Assembly (NCBI GenBank): GCA_951406725.2
Contig: OX597823.1
Span: forward strand, 66,464,001-66,528,000
DNA: 64,000 nt
From: Octopus vulgaris
Taxonomy: Eukaryota
Reading direction: 5' to 3'
Shown here: positions 38,301 to 50,686 of the stretch, in pieces
Numbering within the stretch: the stretch's first letter is position 1
Layout of the letters: each line of letters starts with the position of its first letter
The notes under the pieces: generated by a model
Databases searched by the model: none
What the model was told of the DNA's origin: nothing
Seen by the model: only the letters and a program-made list of their open reading frames with translations
Position numbers and translations under genes: made by a program

Positions 38301-40124
38301 TGGGAGTAGATCTCTTGGCTCCCTTAACTGGTTTTCCGTAGCAACAATGACATCAGGTTCCGTAGCAACCTGATGTCATTAAGGAAGCGACCTTGCTTCC
38401 ATCTTGACCCCAGGCCTCGCACATTCAAACAACCAGCATGAATACAAGCCATCTGCTTACCTTAACATCAGTGTCTTTCGGCCTTGTCCATTTCCTTTAC
38501 CCGGGTTTGTAGGGTGGTTTGTCATAGGTCCTCGTACATGGACTTACTGAAGTCCAACCTCGGGGTGGGGCGGCTATGTCTATGGGAAAATATGATTTTA
38601 ATATTACAAGGTTTATATCGTTTATTCGTATTATCATAATTCCTTCTGGAAGTTTAGTTTAATGTTCTTTGAAGATTTCTTCTGCAGGAATATTTCTAAT
38701 TCGAGTTGTTAATTGTAGTTCGTGGCATTTATTGCCACTAAGAGTAACTTGTTTTGTCATATTTTTCCGGGGCCGCAGGGGAGATGTGATCTTCCTGTGT
38801 TGGGCAGAAGGGATGTACGGGGGAGGGTTATCGGGAATGGAGGATGGGGATTGTAGGGGTGAAATATCAGGGCTTGAGGTTATCGGGGTTGGAAGGAGAG
38901 GATATTGGTTTTTTTTATTGAATAGTGGTAGTGGGGGGGTAGTTTGAGTTTCATGTGTGTCTGTTAAGGAGGTTTTTTGTTGTTCGATCTGTATGTTTAA
39001 GGGTGGGATTGAAGTTCTTCCTTTTGGTTAATTTCTTCCATTTTAGCGTTGACCATCCTTCTTCACTCCCAGCTGGTTGCGTGTTTTCATTGCTGGGAGC
39101 CTGCTGATCTTTCTTCTGTGTCTCTGTCTCTTCTGGACCCTTTTTTTTTGGGGGGGGGCTTTCCACCTTACTGGTAGGACAATTTGCCCGACTGTGGCCT
39201 TTCTCTCTACATACGAAGCACCGGGGTCTTCTCCCCTCCACCATTACCCGTAAGGTGGTTTCTTCTCCGAGCTGTATGTTCTCTACGATCTTTTCCAGGC
39301 TCTGTGGCGCTGCTTGGATAATGACCTCGAGGCCTTTCCCCTTCCAGCTTTGCTGGTGTATTTTTGAGGCCTGTAATATCGTTATTTCTACTCCTATCCC
39401 TATTAGTAGGGCTGGAAGTAACCATGATACGTTTATTTCTGGCGGAATCACTTCTATCGGGATTCTTAGCGTGCGCGTGCCTAAGTATGTTAACAGCAAC
39501 TCAATGTCCAGGGTTCTCAAAGGTTGCATTGAATGTGTTTTTGCTTTCTCTTCACTTTTGAAATACACCACTACCGTGGCAAAGCGTTTGCCTCTGGTCA
39601 AGTGTTCTATGTCCTGCCAGATCAGCTGTAGGCATTTTCTATAGCTATGTTGGTGCTTTGTCTAGTTTCTTTTCCTTTTTCTTTTTTTTTTTTGCCGTTT
39701 CTTCTATAATTTCACTCGAGATGGTGGCTTTTACATCGTATCCCCCCTTTGAAAACATGATTTGGTGCTGTATTAGTTCATTTTTGTCAATACATAATTT
39801 TCCTTTTTCCCTCAAGCCGCAGCTGCAAAATTAATCTTTTTTGCCGGTTCGACAAGTTTTTCTGCTGTCGGCATACTTAATATTTCACAGTTTTTTCACA
39901 GTTATTTTCCTCTACAGAGAAAGTATTCATTTTTAACATAATAAATTGTGGAAAAACGCCACAAAAATGGATAATTCTGCCCTCACAGAGGGGAATAAAA
40001 GTTCACTCCATGTGCCACGCGCAGAACGGTATTATCAACAACACAAAGAAAGGAATGCAACAACAACAATTCTAGCACTAACCTTTAAGCAAAACACAAC
40101 ACAGAATTAATCACCAGTAACAAA
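38301..40124 (-). mobile_element. ~1.8-kb retroelement carrying only a gag/ORF1-like region
   Basis: Sharp boundaries inside a SINE. Contains a CCHC-knuckle ORF and no RT or endonuclease motifs. Three hairpins at the 38301 end. Confidence 0.65.
38951..39601 (-). CDS. ORF1/gag-like nucleic-acid-binding protein fragment with one CCHC zinc knuckle (L1/Tx1-type ORF1-like); probably the 3' part of a frameshifted longer ORF
   Basis: 216-aa ORF with VMVEGRRPR-CFVCREKGHSRANC (CX2CX4HX4C), preceded by an RRM-like alpha/beta region and followed by a basic/acidic disordered tail. A possible upstream ATG near 39874 is separated by frameshifts in poly-A runs. Confidence 0.7.
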   Translation of the reverse strand: MTRGKRFATVVVYFKSEEKAKTHSMQPLRTLDIELLLTYLGTRTLRIPIEVIPPEINVSWLLPALLIGIGVEITILQASKIHQQSWKGKGLEVIIQAAPQSLEKIVENIQLGEETTLRVMVEGRRPRCFVCREKGHSRANCPTSKVESPPPKKKGPEETETQKKDQQAPSNENTQPAGSEEGWSTLKWKKLTKRKNFNPTLKHTDRTTKNLLNRHT

Positions 40125-40160
40125 ACCGCTAAGCATTTCGCCCGGCGTGCTAACGTTTCT

Positions 40161-40388
40161 TATTTCTTTATTGCCCAAAAGGGGCTAAACATAGAGGGGA
40201 AAATAAGGACAGACAAACGGATTAAGTCGATTATATCGACCCCAGTGCGTAACTGGTACTTATTTTATCGACCCCGAAATGATGAAAGGCAAATTCCTCG
40301 ACGGAATTTGAACTCAGAACGTAACGGCAGACGAAATTCGGCTACGCATTTTGCCCGGCATGCTAACGTTTCTGCCAGCTCGCCGCCT
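40161..40388 (-). mobile_element. SINE family B2, full length
   Basis: Collinear with 19233-19465. Its tail abuts the SINE head fragment ending GCTAACGTTTCT. Confidence 0.9.
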
Positions 40389-40402
40389 TATTGGAAAAGA
40401 AG

Positions 40403-40710
<308 letters not shown>

Positions 40711-41239
40711 GGAAAACGCAGTATTTCTATTTACATAAAAATGAAATTCCACTATTGACTGGTATGTTAAGATAAATAATAGGATGCTGGTTTCAAGGCA
40801 TTTATATTTAAATAATTACACTTCGTTTTCTGCGGATATTTGCATATTCTTCTTTATCCTATTCAGTCATAGTGTTTAAAGAATTTTATTATAAAACGTG
40901 CCATTTTTTTTAAATGACAGTATATTATGATTTTTTAAATCAGGCTGAAGTCAACTTAGCCGTTCATCCTTCCGGAATAGATAAAATGAACAAACAATTA
41001 ACGAGTGGGCTTGATAATATAGACTAACCGCTACACACCAACACCACCGGCCTTGTTTCAAAACTTGAACAATTATTCATGAATGCATATTTGAATGTCA
41101 ATTATCGACAATTGTCATCAAGCACATGAATTCAATGATTCTCTGTAATATCTCGTCTACTCAATAGATTTCTGGTAGAAACAATAAAATGTCACATATA
41201 TTTTGAATGTTAGTATTTGAGTCATTGCGGATTCACTTC

Positions 41240-41830
41240 ATATTATTTTTTGAAGGATGTGTAGCTTAAGTAATTCCAAAAAATCTATTTGAACTGCTGA
41301 TTTACATTTCTGAGATTACATATTATGGGAAATAATGGGGGGAATGTTTCTTTTATACTTTATCAAATATTAACATCTCTCCCGCCAAGATTCAACCTCC
41401 GAGCTTCATCAGAAACCCTCCTTTATTTGTTCTTTTATATGTATTCATAAATAGTAAATAAATAAGCCTCCAAAGATTAGATTCCGCATAACATTATAAT
41501 GCACGTATCAGAGGTGAAACGACAAAGTCGGATATTACAAAGCATAAATGGCGTGAAATTGGCAATAATATGTCACTATGTGATAAAGTTTTCATTATAG
41601 ACAAAGAACAATGGAAACCAACGGGAAATACATGAAACATTCCAAATCGCATAGAGAAATCAATTAGAACACGTAGCGCTAAGTATAAGCCAATATATTG
41701 TCATTACCTTTGGAAATTCTATAATGTAATGAGATAACCGTATTAGAACGCCGCATGAAATGAGGTTCAGTGACAGCATCTAATGAAACCAGGGAACGTG
41801 AATATACGAATCACAAATATTGTTTCTGTT
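41240..41830 (+). mobile_element. Penelope-like fragment copy 1 (inverted pLTR-like piece plus GIY-YIG C-terminal half)
   Basis: PPKIRF…HYNARIRGETTKSDITKHKWREIGNNMSLCDKVFIIDKEQWK resembles the PLE endonuclease RPLKVRLEEH..AV.RGE..KS.MA.H.W.E.GNH.P.WD.V.IIDRE..W. Minus-strand CTGATGA at 41406-41412. Confidence 0.65.
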
Positions 41831-42097
41831 TAGCCTTCGTTCAACATTAAATTGATCTCTGATAATACTTATGTAGTCATATAAAATCATGCGTACATAT
41901 GCATAGAAATATATATATATATATATATATACATATTCATAGAAATGGTAAGACAACAATAGAATGAAAGAGAACTCGATATTATGTAAATAGAGGAATT
42001 TATCTGTAAATGTAATATGTGACAATTATTCGGTAGACATGATAAAACTCCGACTTTCGGATGACGGGGCGACAACCCACGCCGCCATTTCCTCAGT

Positions 42098-42196
<99 letters not shown>

Positions 42197-42203
42197 ATAT
42201 ATC

Positions 42204-42420
42204 AGGCGTGCTGGCAGAACCGGGCGAAATGCGTAGGCGTATTTCGTCTGCCGTTACGTTCTGAGTTCATATTCCTCCGAGGTCGACTTTGCCTTTCATT
42301 CTTTCGGGGCCAATAAATTAAGTACCAGTTTCGCACTAGGGTGGATGTAATCGACTTAATCCCTTTGTATGTCCTTGTTGGTCCCCTCTATGTTTAGCCC
42401 CTTGTGGGTAGTAAAGAAAT
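42204..42420 (+). mobile_element. SINE family B2
   Basis: GAGTTCATATTCCTCCGAGGTCGACTTTGCCTTTCATTCTTTCGGGG…CCCCTTGTGGGTAGTAAAGAAATA running into (TA)n. Confidence 0.9.
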
Positions 42421-42639
42421 ATATATATATAGTCCTTTGTACAGTAATATGTCACAGTATACAGACGCACAACACATATATATTTATACATATATATATA
42501 CATATATTTACGCATAGGTGTACATATAAAGATAAATAGATGCAGCCATATTAATATACATACATGCATATATACATATATATGTGTGGATAGATAGATA
42601 CATAAATACATATAGCCAATCTATGTTTCACTCTAAGTT

Positions 42640-43456
42640 TCACGTCCATAAAACACTTAGTTTTACAACGTTTATTTAGGCCCTAAAACCCGTTGGCCTG
42701 CGGCCTCTCTAGAAGTGGCTTCTCTACAAAATGATGGAGGAAAATACTTCATTATTCTATGTCAACAATTAGAGATTGTGTTCGTTTGACCGCTAGTAAT
42801 TGACCATGTTGGTATGTGGATCCAAGGATGCCTGCAGGAATTTCTTGAAGTGCAAGCAGAGTCTGATGACCTCTGTCCAGAAGTTAAGGTTGTACCTCGT
42901 GTCGAGGAAGTCTTTTAATATCATCGTCTGTTTTGACTATGCACAGTTTACAACGCTTGGTCCCATTTATGTAGGGCCTGGTGATCTTCCATGTTATTAC
43001 GTGTAGGGTTCCGTCGTCTTTCAGCCGCCATACATGGCTGGCTAACAACTTGGCGTATATCTTTTCCAGGATCCTGAAAGAGGGTCTGTGTTTGGAGAGG
43101 CGCTGTTTGAACGAGTTACTGGAAAATCCGATGTATCTCCGTGTGCAGGTGTTGGCTATTCTGTTTCTGTTGATGTTGACGCTGCTGCTAAGATTGTTGC
43201 TGGTGCTGGTGTTGTTGGTATTGGCATTGTTGGAGATGGCGCTGATACTGGTGCTGGCGCCGGTGCCGCTAATATTGGTGTTGGGGACACTTTTGATGGT
43301 GACGCTATTGCTCGTGTTATAGCTATAGCCGTTGGTGCTTCTTGGAGCTGTTCTCGGTGCTATCATGGTGGATGATGTTATCGATGTTGTTATTGTTATC
43401 ATTGGTGATGGCTCTACTGCTATTTGCGTTCAGGATAAGGCCGTTGATGTTGCACG
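42640..43456 (-). pseudogene. Penelope GIY-YIG endonuclease 3' part with upstream S/T/N-rich low-complexity region
   Basis: ORF 42884-43402 contains RRYIGFSSNSFKQRLSKHRPSFR…LASHVWRLKDDG…ITWKITRPYINGTKRCKLC, a typical PLE endonuclease C-terminal half. Confidence 0.8.
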
Positions 43457-43457
43457 C

Positions 43458-43730
43458 ATTCCCAACAGACACAACCTAAAGGTCACTTTTAGCTACGACC
43501 CCAATATTAAGAGCATTTTAGTCAACACGCCTAGGCCACGACCAGAAGCGGGATGCTCATGCAGGGAGTGCAACTGATGCCCAGGTGTAGGCCATTGTAA
43601 AACCAAGGCAATCGCCTGCAGGAGCAGTATTGACAATACCAACAGCACCAGCAGGATCCCAGGCAAAAATAGCAATAGCACCATCGCCTGCAATAACAAC
43701 AATAACAACAACAACGGCTGCACCGACCGT
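43458..43730 (+). pseudogene. Inverted upstream part of the same Penelope ORF (RT-EN linker and Cys motif)
   Basis: IPNRHNLKVTFSYDPNIKSIL…CSCRECN*CPGVGHCKTKAIACR resembles IFNRNTVKVSYSCMPNIKSII…CNCR….CPL.G.CLTKSIVY. Confidence 0.75.
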
Positions 43731-43891
43731 ATATATTTTTATTTATATACTCTACTGCTCTATAACTTAGAGCGTCCTTCTCTTTAGGATCTATTATATG
43801 TATGTACATACATACATACAAACATACATACATACATACATACATACATACATACACATATATATTATTATTATTATCATCATCATCATCA

Positions 43892-43953
<62 letters not shown>

Positions 43954-44190
43954 AGCAGCTTTAACTATAATCTTATGTGTATGTAGATGTGTGGGTGTTT
44001 GAGTGTGTGACTGACTGTGTAGGCGTGTATGAGTTTGTGCATAATAGCATAGGCAAATGTCTGGGCATGTATAAACAGTACACGTATATGCATGGACTTG
44101 CTGAAATATCACAAAAAACTGTTACTCAGAGTTTTACTTCCCGTTCGTCGGACAAAACTGAGTAACAGTTTTTGTGATATTTCTGCTGCT

Positions 44191-44335
<145 letters not shown>

Positions 44336-44509
44336 TATTAGATAAAATATTTAGATAATGGTTAATCGTCGTACAATTTTAAATTAGATTGCACTATATG
44401 CATGTGCCTGTGTGTGCCTATCTGCCTGTGTGTGTGTGTATGTCTACCTCTGAGTGTAGAGAGAGAGAGGGAGAGACTGGTATACAGAAATCTTTCTCCC
44501 AAGACATAC

Positions 44510-44721
44510 GATTATAAGACAGATTTCACGGATTCTGTGGCCTATATATTCCACCGACAAGATGGGACTCCGGTTCGTGGCAGCATTACTAATTTTTGCA
44601 AGTTGAATGGAGCAACGCGAAATAAAGTGTTTTGGCCGTGAAAGCAACGCCTCGCCCTGTCTAGGATTCGAAACCACTATCTGATGATCATGAGTACAGT
44701 ACACTAAGCCATGCGCCTCCA
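44510..44721 (-). mobile_element. SINE family C
   Basis: Minus-strand GGAGGCGCATGGCTTAGTG…GTGGTTTCGAATCCTAGAC…AAAACACTTTATTTCGCGTTGCTCCATTCAAC, collinear with 54683-54930. Confidence 0.8.
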
Positions 44722-44724
44722 GCT

Positions 44725-44871
<147 letters not shown>

Positions 44872-45149
44872 ATGTGCGTGTGTGTGTATGTATCCATACT
44901 TGTCTGTGCCTTATTATTTCCACTCTCTCCTTTCTCACCCCTTTTGGTGCTATATACATTTCTGAACTACATTACACCATTCGGGATATTTATATGGAAG
45001 AATAACTATTCATGTATGTAACATTAAATGCCGGCGGAGGGCAGTCGTCGTCAGCAGAGTCAGTGCACTGAATTTCACAGTATCTCTTTTTATGAATTTA
45101 AATATAAAACAATAACATGATTCGTATATGGTCCTACATGGAACGGATT

Positions 45150-45720
45150 TAAGTCATCGTCTTATTATTTTGAGGTAGGATGTGTAGTTTCGTCAATTCA
45201 TAAAATTTATTGCAAGTTATATTTCTGAACTTAGATGAGAATTAATGTGGGAAATATTTCTGTTATATTTTATGGAATATTTACATCCCTCACGTCAAGT
45301 TACAACCTCTGTTCTTCATCGGAAGAAGACCTCTTTTCCATGTGCTCATAAATGGTGAATATATGAGACTCTTAAGATGAGCTGTTATAATATTTGTATG
45401 AGAGGTGAAACGATGACGTCAGATATTACAAAGCATAAATGGCGTGAAATTAGAAATAATATGCCACTATGTGATAAACTTTTCATTAGAGACAAAGAAC
45501 AACAGGAAATACACGAACCATTGCGTATAGCGTTGAGAAATCAATTACAACACGTACAACTCAATATGGTGCCATTACTGAAATTAGGTTTATATTGACA
45601 AACATTCGTCTTCTGGAGCGTTATAATATAACAGTGTGAGAACACTGCAGGAAATCAGCTTGATTGACAAAATCTAATAAATCCAGAGCACGTGACTATA
45701 AGAATGAGAATTATCGTTGT
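45150..45720 (+). mobile_element. Penelope-like fragment copy 2, paralogous to 41240-41830
   Basis: Shares GAGGTGAAACGA…GATATTACAAAGCATAAATGGCGTGAAATT…CACTATGTGATAAA and the upstream segment with copy 1. Translates as RGETMTSDITKHKWREIRNNMPLCDKLFIRDKEQ. Confidence 0.65.
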
Positions 45721-46712
45721 ATTCGTTCAACTCCCGTTTAACTTTGATTGAAAAGATCTATAGTCGTAGTTCATGCCTGGATTTAACCTTTCTCTTCATG
45801 AGTACTCTTGGCTATATTATTCAATTTTCTCTTCCTTGTTTTCTCGGGGGGGGGGGGTTTCGCCGCTATTTTTAGTACGTCGATTTCATCATGTATTTCT
45901 ATCAGAGTATTTCTACCAGAAATTTAGAGGATTTTTCACTCACAAAAATTTGTGATTTTATAACAACTTTGAATGATAAAGAATACAAAATGATTTTTTC
46001 CCGCTTTTCTCTCAAAAGAAACACACTCAAACTTATATACACACACTGCATGAGCCATGCCACACACTCACTAATACGCACACATGCATTTGCGTTTAGA
46101 CAAACACGCACACACACACACATTTAGAGATACACACAAATATATATGGACGGACACATGAATGCATATATATTTTTCTGTCTGCTGAACTCGGGATTTG
46201 AGCAAAAAGGCTGTGGAAGCTGTGAGTATTTGACAGAAACTTTCATGTATGCGCGGTCTGATGAAGTGAAACTTGAAGTAGACAGGCAGATGGTCGGTTT
46301 GTGAAAATCAGATACGAAAAGTTTCGTATTATCGGAGGAGTGTTAAACAAGTTGAGAAGAGGTGATAGTTTTATTTAGATTTGCCTTGAATGGAACTGTA
46401 GTGAATGGAGACGATGAAAGAAAGGATTACTCAGTATATTTAGTGAAGTTGAGGCGAAATCGTTAGCGCGACGAACAAAGTGCTTTGCGGCATATCTTCC
46501 AGCTTACATGCTGAGTTCAAATGCTGCTAACATCGACTTTATCATTCAGCCTTTCAGAGTCGATAACATAAGTAGCATTTGAGCTTTCTGATCGATGTAA
46601 TAAGCATCTACCTCCTCAACATTGCTGCTCTTGTGTCTATAGGAGAAATAATTATTTAGTGAAGTTCGTCCATTTGGTAAGTACGTAGGCCGAGAGAAGT
46701 GAATATTAAAGA

Positions 46713-46938
46713 AAGCGGCGAGCTGGCAGAAACGTTAGCACGCCGAGCGAAATGCTTAGAGGTATTTTGTCTACCGTTACGTTATGAGTTCAAATTCCAC
46801 GTGGTCGACTTTGCCTTTCATCCTTTCGGGGTCGATAAATTAAGTACAAGTTACGCACTGGGGTCAATATAATCGACTAAATCAGTCTGTCCTTGTTTAT
46901 CCCCTCTATGTTTAGCCCCTTGTGGGCAATAAAAAATA
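46713..46938 (+). mobile_element. SINE family B2, full length with 18-bp TSD
   Basis: Perfect flanking direct repeat AGAAGTGAATATTAAAGA at 46695-46712 and 46939-46956. Confidence 0.92.
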
Positions 46939-48163
46939 AGAAGTGAATATTAAAGAGTCTAGATTGACACCTTTTCTAAAACGTTTTTTTCTAAAAATCT
47001 TTCTCCATTTGCTACTGGTTATTTTGAAATATTCCTTTATTCTTTTATGAATGACTCCTATCACAGAGAAAAAGTTCTCGATATTATTTAAGGGGTAATA
47101 TTTTATTGTGTATAACCACTCTCCTGAGAGTGTTGGGCAAAATACCTTACAGACTTTTTGCAACGCTTGATGATTTGGATTCAAATGTTGTCCAAGTCAA
47201 TTTTCCTTTTTCCACTTCGGTGTTAATAAAATAAAGGATTCAAATATTGAGTCGAAGCTGTGGACTGATACAATTGGCAAACTTTTCGAGAAAGATATTA
47301 CGATTGTAACGAATATACTTAGCGTCTTAGATAAGTCTGCCAAAAGAGGTATTCCTGTAGCGTGGATTAACACTGATTGGCCGAGTTTGAATATGGCATG
47401 TTTCAGAAAGAATTTGAAATTCAACTGTAGATTTGAGAGAGTTTCCTGCGGTTTCTACCGACTGATTCTACGTTGTGGTTCGATTAGCTTGAAATAGCAG
47501 CTACGTTTCCTTAAAATAACACTACCAGCTTATGAACAAAAATACACACTGATGTACATGATATAATAATGACTTAAATGTGCTTAATTAGGAGTATGTT
47601 TAATCAGTGCTCATACTAACAACAGCTAATTTTAGCGCGACACTTAATCACACGACGCTCTGGAAATATCAAGCAAAATTACTCCAGAGTCTATTATCAT
47701 CAGCAATTATATTCATGGCTGAAATACATTTGATTATAAGTCCGTTTCATCAGAACTTACTTTGGGAAAATCAACAACCAATTTACAAATTAGTTCTAAG
47801 ACATATTAGAAATAGCAGTTAAATCTCACTCGAATCATCCCCCACCGTCTTGAAAAATCAAAGACACCTCTGTCGGGTAATTTTGACCTTTATATGCAAA
47901 ACACATAATGGTTTTGAATAGACAGATTTAACCAACAACAAACTTTGAAACGTGTACAGCTACAGAGATATTTTTGTTCCCTCTTATTGGTTCACTGTCA
48001 CAGTTGCAAAACTGTGAATGTAATCAGTTTAATCAACTCCGCTACTGGGGCTGATTAAATCATTTCATCGACCATCGAGTGTTGAATAACAAATTTCGCC
48101 TTGGATGATTTCGTGCTCTGAAGGCATAACGATGAAACAAGATATTCGCGTATGAGAACTACA

Positions 48164-48211
<48 letters not shown>

Positions 48212-48214
48212 CTT

Positions 48215-48307
<93 letters not shown>

Positions 48308-50034
48308 GAAAGAATTGATTTCATTCCTAAATCAAGCACAGTATCGAATATATCGAAGGAATGAGTAAACTCGACTGAATGGATACAATGTCAATGCAAT
48401 AATACTGATTTTGTCGAACTTAGGAAGATTGTATGGCTGAATATACAATAGCGTAACTCGATATTGCAATTAATTTCATCCGCAATTTATCGCTTTTGCA
48501 CCTCAATTAGAATACTCGATGGGAAAAACTATTCAAAGAGCATATTTTGTATAACCTCCATCGTGTCGGTGAATAGTGAGTCACTTATTTGATTATGCGA
48601 TATTTCTGGCAAAAACATACCCAAGATTCTCCTTCTGTTATTTTAATTCATTTATTGATATATTTATTTATTTTGCCATCAGTTACATTGTATCGATGTG
48701 CAGCACTTTTGGTAACAAATCATAAGAGGTTGAAAGAGATCAACGATTACATAACGCCAGTAGATGTCATTTCAGATCGGTAGCACTGTTAACTTTAATA
48801 GGGAAAGAATAACCTAAGAAAAATATATCACCAGGAAAAAGAAAAAATGCGCATACCAAAAGCAATTGCTTTGAATCTTCTCAAGCTAAAATACAAAGAC
48901 ATTTATTAAAGCAGGCAAATATAATTTGTAAGGAAGGATAGCAGAAAAATAATTCTGCATAAGGGAAGGTTTGAGAAAAGAAATACTAATCATTTTAATT
49001 TAGAGAATGAAGAGATTTTAATGAAATGTTTCGCAAGAACAATAAAAAAAAGACAGAACAAACACATTGAGCGCACGCTTATACACACAGATTTGGAATT
49101 GGAAGTCAATCGCTATTCTATGATTAAGTATCGTTCGAAATTTTGACAACACGACGCTTCCAAACCCTTTTTCCTAACAATTCAGAGATTACGTAAGTTC
49201 CATTATTTGTCACATAAAATAAATTACATTTGGCATTGAGTTTGATATTGATTTTTTTTTTTTCGTTTTTTTTTTTTTGTGTGTATTAGCAGAGGTAACA
49301 GATTTATTAGTTGAGGAGTTTCGATAATTGAATAGATCGCAATATACGGATAGCAATTATGGTATCATTCTCGTGAGTAATGAAGGTCAAAGAAAACTCT
49401 GGCGCTCTTTGAATTCGCTACGACGTTTACGTCGTGGTGGACATCAGAAAATAAATAAATACTAAGAGCAAGGTCAATTTCTATTGTACCATATTCCAGC
49501 GCGAAAGCTTCCAGCATTATTATTTCTTTTCAAATATTGTCAACGAAAGAATAGAAAAAAAAAGTGAAAATTACTTCGAAAGGGATCTACCAACATGGTA
49601 ACCAAACGGCATGCTGTAATACAGTTGAAAAACTGTGAAACACGTACTTAGCTGAATCACAATCTGGTGATTGAAGAAATACTCGACTACGATAAGAAAT
49701 AACAACATAAAACCTTATTTTTTAAATATTTAGCTTAGATGATTCTTTCTGTGAAATCGTGCATTGAAAGAAATTTTGTTGTGTCTTGTGTGAGGTTGCG
49801 TAAGTCATTATGCCAATATTAATAACGCACGCACAGATTAAGTTGTATAATAAGTGAATATGCCAGTGGAACCCATCCTAGATACCGCGGAATACATTGT
49901 ACAGAGCTAAAATATAGTATAAAGCTGATAAATACCAAGGGATGATGTCTGTAAAGGCCATGGGAACTTAGCGAGTAGGTCTACGAAGGCCCTGATGGGA
50001 AACAAACTCAGCATTAAAATCGTTGAGTGACCAG

Positions 50035-50245
50035 AGAGATCCCTCAGACCACAATTATATAAGACAATACCACATGCACTAATAGGAACTGAGTGGCGTG
50101 TACCTTTAACCCCAATATTAATTGTAAGTCCAGGTAAGTAGTCTCCAGCATAAAGTATATGAAGGGGTATTGTAAGGACAGGAATACAGCATACATTGGG
50201 GAGACGTCTAGGAGTTTAGCAGAGAGGCTAAATAAAAAAAAAACA
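50035..50245 (+). pseudogene. Penelope-like GIY-YIG N-terminal remnant
   Basis: IPQTTII…NRN*VACTFNP followed by KVYE/GYCKDRNTAYIGETSRSLAERL resembles IPYVKG…GI.T.FKP…VYEIPCKDC..VYIGETGRSL..RL.EH. Confidence 0.7.
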
Positions 50246-50629
50246 CCTGGTGGGTGTATGACAGAAAACAGTCGTCCAATCAGCATGCCAGATCTGCATA
50301 GCGACACATTACACCGAATCGACATCCGTATTTTATACTGAACAGGAAATATACGTAGCTAGTAGTAGTACTTCTAAGCCACTGTTACCGCCCACGCATA
50401 ATCATACATAGGTGCCTCCGTGTGGAGAGACAGGTAGGTATGTATGTATGTTGGTACGTATGAATGTATGTATGAATGGACATGCGTAGATAGGATTAAA
50501 TGACAATAGAATTCAGGTAGGTTCATAAAACTATACACGTAAATTTGTACACATCCATTTTGTAAAATCAATAGAGATATACGCGTAATTTTGTTTCGTA
50601 TCCATACAGTTCATGAACACGTACAGACG

Positions 50630-50636
50630 CACATGC

Positions 50637-50686
<50 letters not shown>

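Noticed and set aside
46258-46290. CTGATGA-AGT-GAAAC…GTA hammerhead-like string
   Set aside because: There is no stem II and the flanks cannot form stem I. It is probably a chance match inside a decayed LINE-like fragment.
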